From assembly GCA_963748505.1 (NCBI GenBank), contig CAVVJH010000003.1, positions 438,960 to 502,959 on the forward strand: a DNA stretch of 64,000 bases. The letters run 5' to 3'. Numbering within the stretch: position 1 is the stretch's first letter; each line of letters starts with the position of its first letter. Positions 39,086 through 48,439 of the stretch are shown in pieces. The translations under genes were made by a program, and so were the position numbers. The notes below the pieces were generated by a model. The model ran no database searches and had not been told where the DNA came from. It worked only from the letters and a program-made list of their open reading frames with translations. The stretch is from Candidatus Dormiibacterota bacterium. GTDB taxonomy: Bacteria > Chloroflexota > Dormibacteria > Aeolococcales > Aeolococcaceae.

Positions 39086-41623
39086 ATGATCGGCGTCAGC
39101 CTGCGAAGCCTGCTGAGCCACAAGCTCCGGCTTGCGCTCACCACGATTGCGGTGATTCTCGGCGTGTCCTTCGTCGCCGGGACGTTCATCCTCACGGACA
39201 CCATCAACTCGACCTTCACCAGCATCTTCGCGACCGCGAATGCGGGCGTTGCGGTGACGGTGCATGGACACGCGATTGCAGGCGATTCCGGCGGCATCGG
39301 CGGCGGACAGAACCATCCGGTCCCCACCTCGCTGCTGGCGACCGTGCGCGCGGTTCCGGGCGTCAAGGACGCGGTGGGCAACATCTTCCGCGAGGGCGCC
39401 ACCCTGATCGGCCACGACGGCAAGCCGATCGGCGGCAACGGCCCGCCCACCTTTGGTGCCAACTGGATCACCGACACTGCGATCTCGCCATACCACCTGC
39501 GCAGCGGCACGCCACCGGTGGGAGCGAACGATGTCGTGGTCGACGCGGGTACCGCAGCCAAGCACGGACTCGCCGTGGGGCAGTCGCTCCCGATCGTCTT
39601 CCTCGGTGGAGTTGAGGAGCACTTCACGATCACCGGGATCGCCGGGTATGGCAGCTCGGACAACCTGGCGGGCGCGACCATCGCGCTCTTCGCGGAAGCG
39701 ACAGCCCAGCGCGTGCTCGAAGGTCAGGGCAAGTACGACAGCATCCTCGTGAGCGCGCAGAGCGGCGTCACCGACGTCGTGTTGCGCGAGCGCCTCGCCA
39801 AAGCGATCCCAAGCTACGCCGAGGCGGAGACCGGCCAGCAGGCGGCGGCGGCGGCCGAGCAGAGCACCGAGTCCACCATCAGCACGTTCATCGGCACGCC
39901 GCTGCTCGTGTTCGCGTTCATCTCGCTCTTCGTGGGCAGCTTCCTGATCATCAACACCTTCAACATCCTGGTGGCGCAGCGCACGCGGGAACTGGCGCTG
40001 CTGCGAGCGCTCGGCGCCACGCGCGCCCAGGTGATGACCTCGGTGCTGGTGGAGGCCGCGGTGACCGGGCTGGTCGCCTCGATCCTCGGCTTTGCCGCGG
40101 GCATTCTCATCGCCCGCGCGCTGCTGTCGCTGTTCGGATCCGCAGCGACCGGCGGGGTGACCCTGCTGCCGCGCACCTTCATCGTCGCGGTGCTGGTGGG
40201 CACCGTCGTCACCGTGATCGCAGCAACGCTGCCCGCGCGGAGGGCAACGCGCATCGCACCTGTGGCCGCGTTGTCGGAAGCGCTGCCGGAGACGCAACCG
40301 CTCCCACGCCGTCGCGTGCTGATCGGCCTGATCATCTTCGTGCTCGGTTGCGCGGCGCTGGTCACCGGGCTCTTCACCTCGAACAGCGTGACCCTGCAGC
40401 TCATCGGCGCCGGCTTCCTCGGCGTCTTTCTCGGCGTCGCACTGCTGGCGCCGCTGCTCGTGGTCCCGGTCGCCTCGGTGATCGGGTGGCCGGTGCGACG
40501 GCTTCGGGGGGCGTCCGGTCTGCTCGCCGGGGAGAACGCACGCCGCAACCCACGACGCACCGCGCTGACGGCGGCGGCACTGATGATCGGGCTCGCCCTC
40601 GTGACCTGCGTCGCGGTGCTCACCGACTCGGTGCGCGTCTCGACCAACAACGCGATCGAAGGCACATTGAAGGCGGACTACATCGTCTTCGCTGAGGGCC
40701 CTGACTTCAACACGCAGGCGGCGCAGGCGCTGGCCACGGACTCGGCGCTCACCGACGTGACCGAGGTTCGCACCACCTCCGTGCTCATCGGGGGAAGCTC
40801 GCAGAGCATCTTCGCCATCGATCCTTCGAGCCTCGCGTCCGTCCTCTCGCTGACGATGATCTCGGGCGACCCGTCGGCCATCGCCTCCACGAACACCGCG
40901 CTGCTCGACTCCACGGAGGCGGCCGCCGCCGACGTGCACCAGGGACAGATGGTGACGTTCAACTTTCCACAAGGTGGCGCCGTTCGCGTGCGGGTCGGCG
41001 GTATCTACACGGCCAATGCGCTGGTGAGCGGGTACATCGTCTCACTGGCGACGATGCAACCCAATGTGCCCGACGCACGAGACGACATCGTGCTTGCCAA
41101 TGCCGCGCCCGGCGTCTCAGCAGGCGCCGCGGAGCGCGCCTTGCATCAGGACGTCGGTGCGTTCCCGCTGCTGAAGGCGATGAGCCGCTCGGAGTACCGC
41201 ACCTTCGTGGGCGCCTCACTCGACAGCTTCCTCAACTTGATCACGACGCTGCTCGCATTCGCGATCATCATCGCCGTGCTCGGTATCGCCAATACGCTCG
41301 CGCTGAGCGTGCTCGAGCGCACGCGCGAGATCGGTGTGTTGCGCGCACTCGGCATGACGCGCTCGCAGACACGATCGATGGTGCGTTGGGAGTCGGTGAT
41401 CATCTCGCTGCTCGGGGCGGTGCTCGGGTTGACCGTGGGTCTCGGACTCGGCGTTGTGGTGGCGGGTTCGCTGCACGATCTCGGCATCACCAACGTCGCG
41501 ATACCGGGTGGCAATCTGGTCCTCTACGCGATCGCCGCAGGTGTGTTCGGCGTGCTGGCGGCAATCATCCCAACCATACGCGCAGCGCGAATCGATATCC
41601 TCCGAGCGATCGCGACAGAATAG
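39086..41623 (+). CDS. MacB-type ABC transporter permease with two FtsX domains (845 aa)
   Basis: Two 4-TM FtsX modules, each preceded by a large extracytoplasmic domain. There is a 23-nt gap after the ATPase gene. Confidence 0.85.
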   Translation: MIGVSLRSLLSHKLRLALTTIAVILGVSFVAGTFILTDTINSTFTSIFATANAGVAVTVHGHAIAGDSGGIGGGQNHPVPTSLLATVRAVPGVKDAVGNIFREGATLIGHDGKPIGGNGPPTFGANWITDTAISPYHLRSGTPPVGANDVVVDAGTAAKHGLAVGQSLPIVFLGGVEEHFTITGIAGYGSSDNLAGATIALFAEATAQRVLEGQGKYDSILVSAQSGVTDVVLRERLAKAIPSYAEAETGQQAAAAAEQSTESTISTFIGTPLLVFAFISLFVGSFLIINTFNILVAQRTRELALLRALGATRAQVMTSVLVEAAVTGLVASILGFAAGILIARALLSLFGSAATGGVTLLPRTFIVAVLVGTVVTVIAATLPARRATRIAPVAALSEALPETQPLPRRRVLIGLIIFVLGCAALVTGLFTSNSVTLQLIGAGFLGVFLGVALLAPLLVVPVASVIGWPVRRLRGASGLLAGENARRNPRRTALTAAALMIGLALVTCVAVLTDSVRVSTNNAIEGTLKADYIVFAEGPDFNTQAAQALATDSALTDVTEVRTTSVLIGGSSQSIFAIDPSSLASVLSLTMISGDPSAIASTNTALLDSTEAAAADVHQGQMVTFNFPQGGAVRVRVGGIYTANALVSGYIVSLATMQPNVPDARDDIVLANAAPGVSAGAAERALHQDVGAFPLLKAMSRSEYRTFVGASLDSFLNLITTLLAFAIIIAVLGIANTLALSVLERTREIGVLRALGMTRSQTRSMVRWESVIISLLGAVLGLTVGLGLGVVVAGSLHDLGITNVAIPGGNLVLYAIAAGVFGVLAAIIPTIRAARIDILRAIATE

Positions 41624-41630
41624 CCACCGG

Positions 41631-42569
41631 TCAGGAGGCGGTGTGGCCTCGATCCGGCACGAGCCGTTCGACCTGCAGGAATTCGGCCGGAGCGTGGTCG
41701 ACCTGCAGCGTGGTGTGCTCGACGTGAAAGCGCTCGTCGAGGAAGCGTTCGAGGTCGAGACGGATCAGGTGGCAGTCGTCCTTGGGATGCACCAGGACGT
41801 GCGCGGACAGCGACGGGAAACCCGAGGTCAGCTCCCAGACATGCAGGTCGTGGACGTTGACGACGTGCGGGTGGGCGGCCAGCGCCGCGCCGATCTCCTC
41901 GGGATCCAGGTCGGCCGGCGATGCTTCGAGGAGCACGCGACCGGCTTGCCCGAGGAGCCGTACGCCCGCATAGATCATCAGTGCAGCCACCACCACCGAC
42001 GCGATGGCATCAGCACGCTGGAATCCCGTGGTCACGATGACCACGCCCGCGATGAGCGTGCCGATCAGCGCGTAGAGGTCGGTGAGAATGTGGCGAAAGC
42101 TCGCCTGGATGTTGAGGCTCCGCCGGCCGGCGTGCGCGAGTTCGCGCGTCACGGCGAGGTTCACCACGATCCCGACAGCGGCGGTCGCGATGACCGCCCC
42201 ACCCTGCACCGGCGTGGGCGCTGCAAGGCGAAGCGCAGCCTCGAAGATGAGCACCGCCGCGAGCACGAGGAGCGTTGCACCGCTGATCAGGGCGGCAAGA
42301 ACCTCGGCGCGCTTGAGACCGAATGTCAGTCCGCCCTTCGGCGGGCGTTGGGCAAGGCGGAGCGCCACCAGCGAGACGCCGAGCGCCGCAACGTCGGTGA
42401 GCATGTGCCCGGCGTCCGAAAGCAGGGCGAGCGAGTGCGCGAGGAATGCCACCGTGACCTCGCCGACGATGAAGACGCCGATCAGACAGAGCGCGACAAC
42501 GAGTGGTCGCTGATCGGCCCCAACCTCGACCGGGTGTCGATGCATGCCGTCATGCGGCTCGCTGTGCAC
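41631..42569 (-). CDS. Cation diffusion facilitator (CzcD-like) transporter
   Basis: HSLALLSDAGHMLTD and a His-rich cytoplasmic C-terminus. Confidence 0.85.
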   Translation of the reverse strand: MHSEPHDGMHRHPVEVGADQRPLVVALCLIGVFIVGEVTVAFLAHSLALLSDAGHMLTDVAALGVSLVALRLAQRPPKGGLTFGLKRAEVLAALISGATLLVLAAVLIFEAALRLAAPTPVQGGAVIATAAVGIVVNLAVTRELAHAGRRSLNIQASFRHILTDLYALIGTLIAGVVIVTTGFQRADAIASVVVAALMIYAGVRLLGQAGRVLLEASPADLDPEEIGAALAAHPHVVNVHDLHVWELTSGFPSLSAHVLVHPKDDCHLIRLDLERFLDERFHVEHTTLQVDHAPAEFLQVERLVPDRGHTAS

Positions 42570-42611
42570 TCCTTCACCCTACTCCCGTGTCACGACGCGC
42601 GAAGGGACTGA

Positions 42612-43520
42612 TCACGCCCCGGCGACAGTCCGCTCCACGTCCCACCAGAGGGTGACCAGCGGCTCCGGTGCGCCCGCGGCCGACCAGTGGTTGCCGTGGC
42701 GCGCCAGGCGGTCCCCAAGGGCCTCAGCGACTGCCTCATCCTGGGCGGCGTCGAGGCAGAGACGGCGACGGACCGAGGCCACCGCATCCTCGCGGCGTCG
42801 GAATCCGCCCGGTCGATGGGGCACGACGGCTGCATGGCGGCGAACGTCGAAGCCGAGCCCACGAATCAATGACGCAGCATCGTCCGAGTCCGGCCGCGTG
42901 GGCCGCGCCAGCGCGTGAAAGCGCAGCCACAGGTCTGCCATCCACGCGGTCGGATGCCGGTTGGTGAGCTCGATGACGACACGTCGTCGCGCGTGCGCCG
43001 ACAGCGCCACCACAAAGGGCGCAAGGTCGGCGACGTTGTACACGACGTGGTTGCACACCACGACATCGGCGACCGGTACCTGCGCAGCAACCTCCGGCCA
43101 GCTCCCGGCGATCGGCTCTGCCACCGCGCCGGCACGACGCGCCTGGTCCTGGAATTCCTCGAGCAACGCCGCCGACGAATCGACGCCGATGATCACTGTG
43201 CAGTGCGAGTGCAAGGGGATGGATGCGGCGCCGGCGCCCACGCCGACGTCGAGCACGGTCCCTCCCGGTGGCAGGGCGTCGCGCGCAGTGCGGTTCGCGA
43301 AGGTCAGCGCACCCGGCGTCGCCAGCTCGGCGCGCGAGCGGAACAGCTCGGTCGGGAAACCCCACGGCGACTCCGGCGCGGCGGCGAGGATGCTCTCAGG
43401 GAGCGCCCACTGCAGCATCGCAGCGCGCCATTCTTCAGGACTCACGCTGCGATCATGCTCCCGAGGCAGTCGCCTGTTCCACACGCCGCCCGTAACTCGG
43501 CGCAGCATGCACCGTTCCAA
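42612..43520 (-). CDS. Class I SAM-dependent methyltransferase
   Basis: VLDVGVGAGAAS (motif I) and a Rossmann-like core. Confidence 0.65.
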   Translation of the reverse strand: MERCMLRRVTGGVWNRRLPREHDRSVSPEEWRAAMLQWALPESILAAAPESPWGFPTELFRSRAELATPGALTFANRTARDALPPGGTVLDVGVGAGAASIPLHSHCTVIIGVDSSAALLEEFQDQARRAGAVAEPIAGSWPEVAAQVPVADVVVCNHVVYNVADLAPFVVALSAHARRRVVIELTNRHPTAWMADLWLRFHALARPTRPDSDDAASLIRGLGFDVRRHAAVVPHRPGGFRRREDAVASVRRRLCLDAAQDEAVAEALGDRLARHGNHWSAAGAPEPLVTLWWDVERTVAGA

Positions 43521-43567
43521 ACACGCCGCGGGCGTGCAACACGCGCCGGGTCGCCGGAGGTCGTGTC

Positions 43568-44701
43568 ATGTCCCAGAGGAAGCGAACCGGAATCGTTGCG
43601 ATTCTTGGCGTCCTCGGCCTGGCCGGTTGCACTCCAGCGGCAAGCGTCTCGAGCCCGACCCCAACTCCCACTGCATCCTCTTCGACAACACCATCCCCGG
43701 TATCGACGCCTGCATCCCCCACGCCCACGCCCTCCCCGACGGGAGCCGTTCCCGCCAACTTCGACCCCGAGGCGATCACCGCGATCAGCCACAGCGAATA
43801 CTGGGTGCTGGGATCAACGGGCTGCACATCGGGCAGCTGCCCATCAGCGATCCTGCACACGACGAATGCCGGCGCGACCTTCCAGCCGATAGCAATTCCC
43901 GCGACCACCTCGGCGTCGGAATATCACCTCGACGTGCGTTTCGCCAACGCCGACGATGGTTGGGTGTACGGCAATCAGCTCTGGTCCACCCACGACGGCG
44001 GTGCCACATGGGAGCGCATCGAAACCAGTGTGACCAACATCCTGCAGCTCGAGCCCGGAGCCAACGGCAACGTCTATGCGGTGTTTCAGACCTGCACGAC
44101 GGGCCAGACTGCATGTGCCGGCACGCTGATGCGCTCACAGGCGAGCACCGATACCTGGACACGTGTTGTGCCACCCGGCAATCCACTCACCACGCCCGTC
44201 TTCGGCGTTCACGGCGACACGGTGTGGGTGATGTACTTCGGTCGCAGCACGCGACTTGCATACACCGGGTACAACGACGCCACCACCTGGTACTTCGGCT
44301 CGATGCCTTGCGAGCCGGATCTCGACGGTACGTACGACCCGGTGAGCAACAGTGTCGTCTGGGCCTTCTGTGCCACCGGCAACCAGGGCAACCCCTGGAT
44401 CTCGACCAACGGCGGCGCGGGCTTCCTACGTTCACCATCGCTCTTCGGCTTCGGCAACGGCGGTATGGTGGCGGCCACGTCACCGCAGCGCGCCTTCGTG
44501 GTCGGCCCCGGGATCGTCAGCGCACTGACGACCAACGGTGGTCAGACCTTTGTGGCCGCGCCGCAACTCGCCGGCGCGGTCTGGGCCGGCTTCACGGACG
44601 CGGAGGTCGGCTTCGCGGTCATCGTGCCGGCGACTGGCACCAACACGCTGCTCCGCACCATCGATGCGGGCGCGACCTGGTCACCGGTCGCCTTCTCGTG
44701 A
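43568..44701 (+). CDS. BNR/Ycf48-like beta-propeller lipoprotein with Pro/Thr-rich linker (paralog of the N-terminal domain of the 36095 gene)
   Basis: Lipobox LAGC and a PT-rich linker, then the repeats HTTNAGATF, STHDGGATW, TTNGGQTF and RTIDAGATWSP. Confidence 0.75.
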   Translation: MSQRKRTGIVAILGVLGLAGCTPAASVSSPTPTPTASSSTTPSPVSTPASPTPTPSPTGAVPANFDPEAITAISHSEYWVLGSTGCTSGSCPSAILHTTNAGATFQPIAIPATTSASEYHLDVRFANADDGWVYGNQLWSTHDGGATWERIETSVTNILQLEPGANGNVYAVFQTCTTGQTACAGTLMRSQASTDTWTRVVPPGNPLTTPVFGVHGDTVWVMYFGRSTRLAYTGYNDATTWYFGSMPCEPDLDGTYDPVSNSVVWAFCATGNQGNPWISTNGGAGFLRSPSLFGFGNGGMVAATSPQRAFVVGPGIVSALTTNGGQTFVAAPQLAGAVWAGFTDAEVGFAVIVPATGTNTLLRTIDAGATWSPVAFS

Positions 44702-44708
44702 TCCCGGG

Positions 44709-45134
44709 CTAACGCCGGGCTGGAACCACGACCACCGGGCACGGCGCGATCTGGAGCAAGCGATGGGCGACGCTGCCGAGCAACAGCCCCTTCAACGGTC
44801 CGCTCCCGACGCTGCCGAGCACGATGAGGTCGGCGCCGGCATCCATCGCCGCGTCGGCGATCGCGTGGGCCGGTCCGCTCACCTTGACCTGGTGCCGTTC
44901 GAACGTCGCGTCGAGCCCGTCGGCGGCGAGTGCAGCGACCTGGTCGCTGATCTTTTCGGAGATCTCCGGCTCGAGGGCCTGCACGTGATGAGCACCGCCG
45001 TGACCGGGCACCAGTTCGTCGACGTACACGACGATGACGCGGGCCTTCTGGTCGATCGCGAGATCCTTCCCGAAGGACACTGCGAGATCGCCGGCGTCTG
45101 AACCGTCGGTGGCAATCAGCACTACCTTGAACAT
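44709..45134 (-). CDS. Universal stress protein (UspA family)
   Basis: MFKVVLIATDGS...ADLIVLGSVGSGPLKGLLLGSVAHRLL. Confidence 0.85.
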   Translation of the reverse strand: MFKVVLIATDGSDAGDLAVSFGKDLAIDQKARVIVVYVDELVPGHGGAHHVQALEPEISEKISDQVAALAADGLDATFERHQVKVSGPAHAIADAAMDAGADLIVLGSVGSGPLKGLLLGSVAHRLLQIAPCPVVVVPARR

Positions 45135-45176
45135 GGCTTCACCTCAATGATTTCTCGATCGAGTCTAGCCCTGGCG

Positions 45177-45479
45177 CTAGAGGGCATGCACCGCCGCCGC
45201 GGTTGCACAGGCGCCAATCACCACCACGAGAAAGGGCGCCCGGATCGCAACCAGAACGAGCGCGACTCCCAATCCCGCGGCGCGTGAATCCAGCAGCAGG
45301 TGATTGCCGGTCGCGAAGGTGGAAACGGCGATCAACGCGCTCAGCAGCGTCACGGGAAGGGCCTCGAGCACCCGCCTCGCGACCGGCGATTCGAGGAATC
45401 GCGCCGGCACCACGAATCCTGCGAGCTTCAGCCCCGCGCACCCCAAGGATGCGATGAGCACGGTGAGCCACAGTCTCAT
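45177..45479 (-). CDS. azlD: Branched-chain amino acid exporter small subunit (AzlD family)
   Basis: 100-aa 3-TM protein immediately downstream of AzlC, with a 4-nt overlap. Confidence 0.7.
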   Translation of the reverse strand: MRLWLTVLIASLGCAGLKLAGFVVPARFLESPVARRVLEALPVTLLSALIAVSTFATGNHLLLDSRAAGLGVALVLVAIRAPFLVVVIGACATAAAVHAL

Positions 45480-46181
45480 CGGTCCACCGCAAGCAGGATG
45501 GCAACCGCCGCAAGGCCGCCGATGAGGATCGGCGCACCCACAGGCACCAGGGGAACGGCGGCGAGCGCAATCAGCCCGGCGCCCAGGGCTCCGAGGCGGA
45601 TGCGCGTGGTCGTGAGACGCGGCGCGAGGAGCGCAACAAACGCTGCCGGTCCTGCGACATCAAGCCCGGTTGTCGCAGGCGACCCAAACGCATTGCCGGC
45701 CAATGCGCCGACGAGAGTCGACACGTTCCACAGCACATAGACACAGATGGCCGTTGTCCAGAAGGCTCGGGCCGCGTGACCCGTAGCCGCCTTCACTCAC
45801 CGCCATCGCGGTGCTCTCATCGATGGTGGTCTCCGCCATCACCAGCCTGCGCCAACCGGATGGATGCAGCAACGCGTTGATGCGCGCGGCATACAGGCCG
45901 TTCCGCGCGCCAAGCAGCAGCGCGGTCCCGACCGCAGAGACATAGGAACCGCCACCACCGAGCACGCTGACCAGCGCGAACTGCGAAGCACCCGAGAAGA
46001 GCACCAGCGACATGAAGGAAACCTGCAACAGGCTCAGATGTGTCTCCACCGAGACCGCGCCAAAGGACAGACCGAAGGGCACCACGCTTACTCCGATCGT
46101 CAGGGCGCGGTTGCGGATACGGCGGCGTGCCGCCTGCTCCGATTCGACTTCGACTGGGTTGTCGTCGGGTGGTGCTGCCAT
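45476..46181 (-). CDS. azlC: Branched-chain amino acid exporter AzlC family, apparent frameshift at about 45810
   Basis: N-terminal frame ...FALVSVLGGGGSYVSAVGTALLLGARNGLYAARI...ETTIDESTAMAVSEG. C-terminal frame ...ARAFWTTAICVYVLWNVSTLVGALAGNAF...GLDVAGPAAFVALLAPRL. Confidence 0.7.
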
Positions 46182-46334
46182 GGCCGAGCAAGCCTAGGGA
46201 AAGACGCCGTCGCGAGCGCTGCCCGGTATCGCAAGCAGAGCTCACCGGCGTTGCGGCAAGCTCACACACCGCGTGCATTGAAGACCGGGCCTACCTGACG
46301 CGGGTACGCGCATTTTCTTGGGAGCAGACGACCT

Positions 46335-47273
46335 ATGAGCCGCGAACACGTGATCGACCCGCGCGTCATCCATCACGACTGGGACGAGACCGTCCCGCCA
46401 CTGCTGGAGATCGAGTCCGGTGACGTCGTCCACTTCGACCTTCTCGAAGCAGGGAACCGTCAGGTCAAGCCCGGCGATAGCTTCGCGGATGTGACCTTCG
46501 ATTTCGACACCCTCTACAACCTCAGCGGCCCCGTGACCATCGCCGGGGCCGAGCCCGGCGACACGCTCGCGATCGACGTGCTCGACCTGGAGCACGGCTC
46601 CTGGGGATGGACGGCAATCCTTCCCGGCTTCGGGCTGCTCCCCGACGATTTCCCGGACGGCTACCTGCGGACCTTCGACCTCGAAGGCAAAGAGGCGGCG
46701 GACTTTGGCGGCGGCATCACGGTGCCCTTACGGCCGTTCATGGGCGTCATGGGCGTGCAGCCCGGCGGCGGTGCCCGGCTCTCACCATTCCCACCGCACG
46801 CGGGTGGCGGCAACATCGACAACCGCCATCTCATCGCGGGCTCGCGACTGTACCTCCCCGTGTTCCTGCCGGGTGGGCTGTTCTCCTGCGGCGACCCGCA
46901 CGCCGTGCAGGGCGACGGGGAAGTGTGCGTCTCAGCCCTCGAGGGACCGCTCAAGGGCAGCCTGCGGTTGACGCTGCTGAAGCGCACCATTCCGGGCCCG
47001 GCGTACGTGACCGCACCGCGCACGGCGCGGCCGGCCGGTGGCTCCGATTACTGCACCATGGGCATCGCCTCGGACCTCATGGAAGGATCGAGGATGGCGG
47101 CCCGCGCCATGGTCGCGTGGTTGGGCGACGAGCACGGCCTTGCACCGCGCGACGCATATATGCTCTGCAGCCTCGCGGGGAACTTGAAGATCCTGGAGGT
47201 CGTCGATGCAGGGATGTGGAACGTGGGGATGTCCATGCCGCTGTCGATCTTTCCGGACGAAGCAGCAGGCTGA
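46335..47273 (+). CDS. Acetamidase/formamidase (FmdA_AmdA) family protein
   Basis: GGNIDNRHL...CGDPHAVQGDGEV. Confidence 0.8.
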   Translation: MSREHVIDPRVIHHDWDETVPPLLEIESGDVVHFDLLEAGNRQVKPGDSFADVTFDFDTLYNLSGPVTIAGAEPGDTLAIDVLDLEHGSWGWTAILPGFGLLPDDFPDGYLRTFDLEGKEAADFGGGITVPLRPFMGVMGVQPGGGARLSPFPPHAGGGNIDNRHLIAGSRLYLPVFLPGGLFSCGDPHAVQGDGEVCVSALEGPLKGSLRLTLLKRTIPGPAYVTAPRTARPAGGSDYCTMGIASDLMEGSRMAARAMVAWLGDEHGLAPRDAYMLCSLAGNLKILEVVDAGMWNVGMSMPLSIFPDEAAG

Positions 47274-47291
47274 TCGCGAGCCGGCGCTGCC

Positions 47292-48413
47292 ATGAGCGGT
47301 CGCACGGAACCACCCTTTCGCGCCGACCACGTCGGCAGCTTGCTGCGTCCCACGCGCTTGATGCAGGCGCGCGCACGCAGGTCAGCAGGCGAGATCTCCG
47401 CTGACGCGTTGCGTGACGTCGAGGATGATGCGATTCGCGGCGTCGTCGCCATGCAGCGCGACGTGGGGCTGCAATCTGCAACCGACGGGGAGTTCCGGCG
47501 TACGGCCTGGCACATGGACTTCATCTACGCGCTGGGCGGTGTCACGCAGGCCGACGAGAAGCTGCACGTGCAATTCTTCAACGACAAGGGGACGCTCGAT
47601 TTCGCACCTGCCGCACTGCGAATCACTGACCGCATCCGGCTCGGTGACACGATCTTCGCCGACCACCTTCGCTTTCTGCAGTCGACGTGCGCAGCCGGAG
47701 TCACACCCAAGCTCACCATCCCCTCGCCGAGCATGGTGCACTACCGAGGCGGGCGGGCCGCCATCGATCCCACGGTATATCCGGACATGGACGCGTTCTG
47801 GGACGACCTCATCGCCGCCTACCGTGACGAGGTCACGCGTCTCGGCGAGCTCGGCTGCACGTACCTGCAGCTCGACGACACCAGCCTCGCGTACCTCAAC
47901 GACCCGCGTCAGCGGGAGCTCATCGCCTCGCTCGGCGGTGATCGTGAGCATCAGCACGAGGTCTACATCAACAACCTCAACCGCGTGCTTGCCGCCAGGC
48001 CGCCGGGCATGCGCGTCACCACGCACATGTGTCGCGGCAACTTCCGTTCGTCGTGGGCCGCCGAGGGCGGCTATGACTTCGTCGCCGAAGCGTTGTTCGG
48101 TGAGCTCGACGTCGAGGGTTTCTTCCTCGAGTACGACAACTCGCGCTCGGGTGGCTTCGAGCCACTGCGCTTCGTGCCCAAGGACAAGTACGTCGTGCTC
48201 GGACTGGTGACGACCAAGCGCGGCGCCCTGGAGACCAAGGACGCACTGAAGCGACGCATCGATGAAGCTGCGAGGTACGTGCCACTCGAGCAACTCTGCC
48301 TGTCGCCGCAATGCGGCTTCTCCTCCACCGTCGAAGGCAACGTCCTGACGTACGACGAGGAAGTTGCCAAGCTGCGACTCATCGTCGAGACGGCGGCCGA
48401 AGTCTGGGGATAG
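47292..48413 (+). CDS. Cobalamin-independent methionine synthase catalytic-domain family protein (MetE C-terminal-like)
   Basis: RADHVGSLLRP...TTHMCRGNF...DNSRSGGFEPL (UROD/MetE-like TIM barrel). Confidence 0.75.
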   Translation: MSGRTEPPFRADHVGSLLRPTRLMQARARRSAGEISADALRDVEDDAIRGVVAMQRDVGLQSATDGEFRRTAWHMDFIYALGGVTQADEKLHVQFFNDKGTLDFAPAALRITDRIRLGDTIFADHLRFLQSTCAAGVTPKLTIPSPSMVHYRGGRAAIDPTVYPDMDAFWDDLIAAYRDEVTRLGELGCTYLQLDDTSLAYLNDPRQRELIASLGGDREHQHEVYINNLNRVLAARPPGMRVTTHMCRGNFRSSWAAEGGYDFVAEALFGELDVEGFFLEYDNSRSGGFEPLRFVPKDKYVVLGLVTTKRGALETKDALKRRIDEAARYVPLEQLCLSPQCGFSSTVEGNVLTYDEEVAKLRLIVETAAEVWG

Positions 48414-48439
48414 GCGGCATCGCGGGCACGCGGCGCACC

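Noticed and set aside
39041-40972. 643-aa minus ORF
   Set aside because: Antisense to the 845-aa FtsX permease; highly charged low-complexity translation.
46343-46358. LexA/Cheo-box-like GAACacgtGATC
   Set aside because: Lies inside the formamidase coding start; second half-site is GATC not GTTC; no association with a repair gene.
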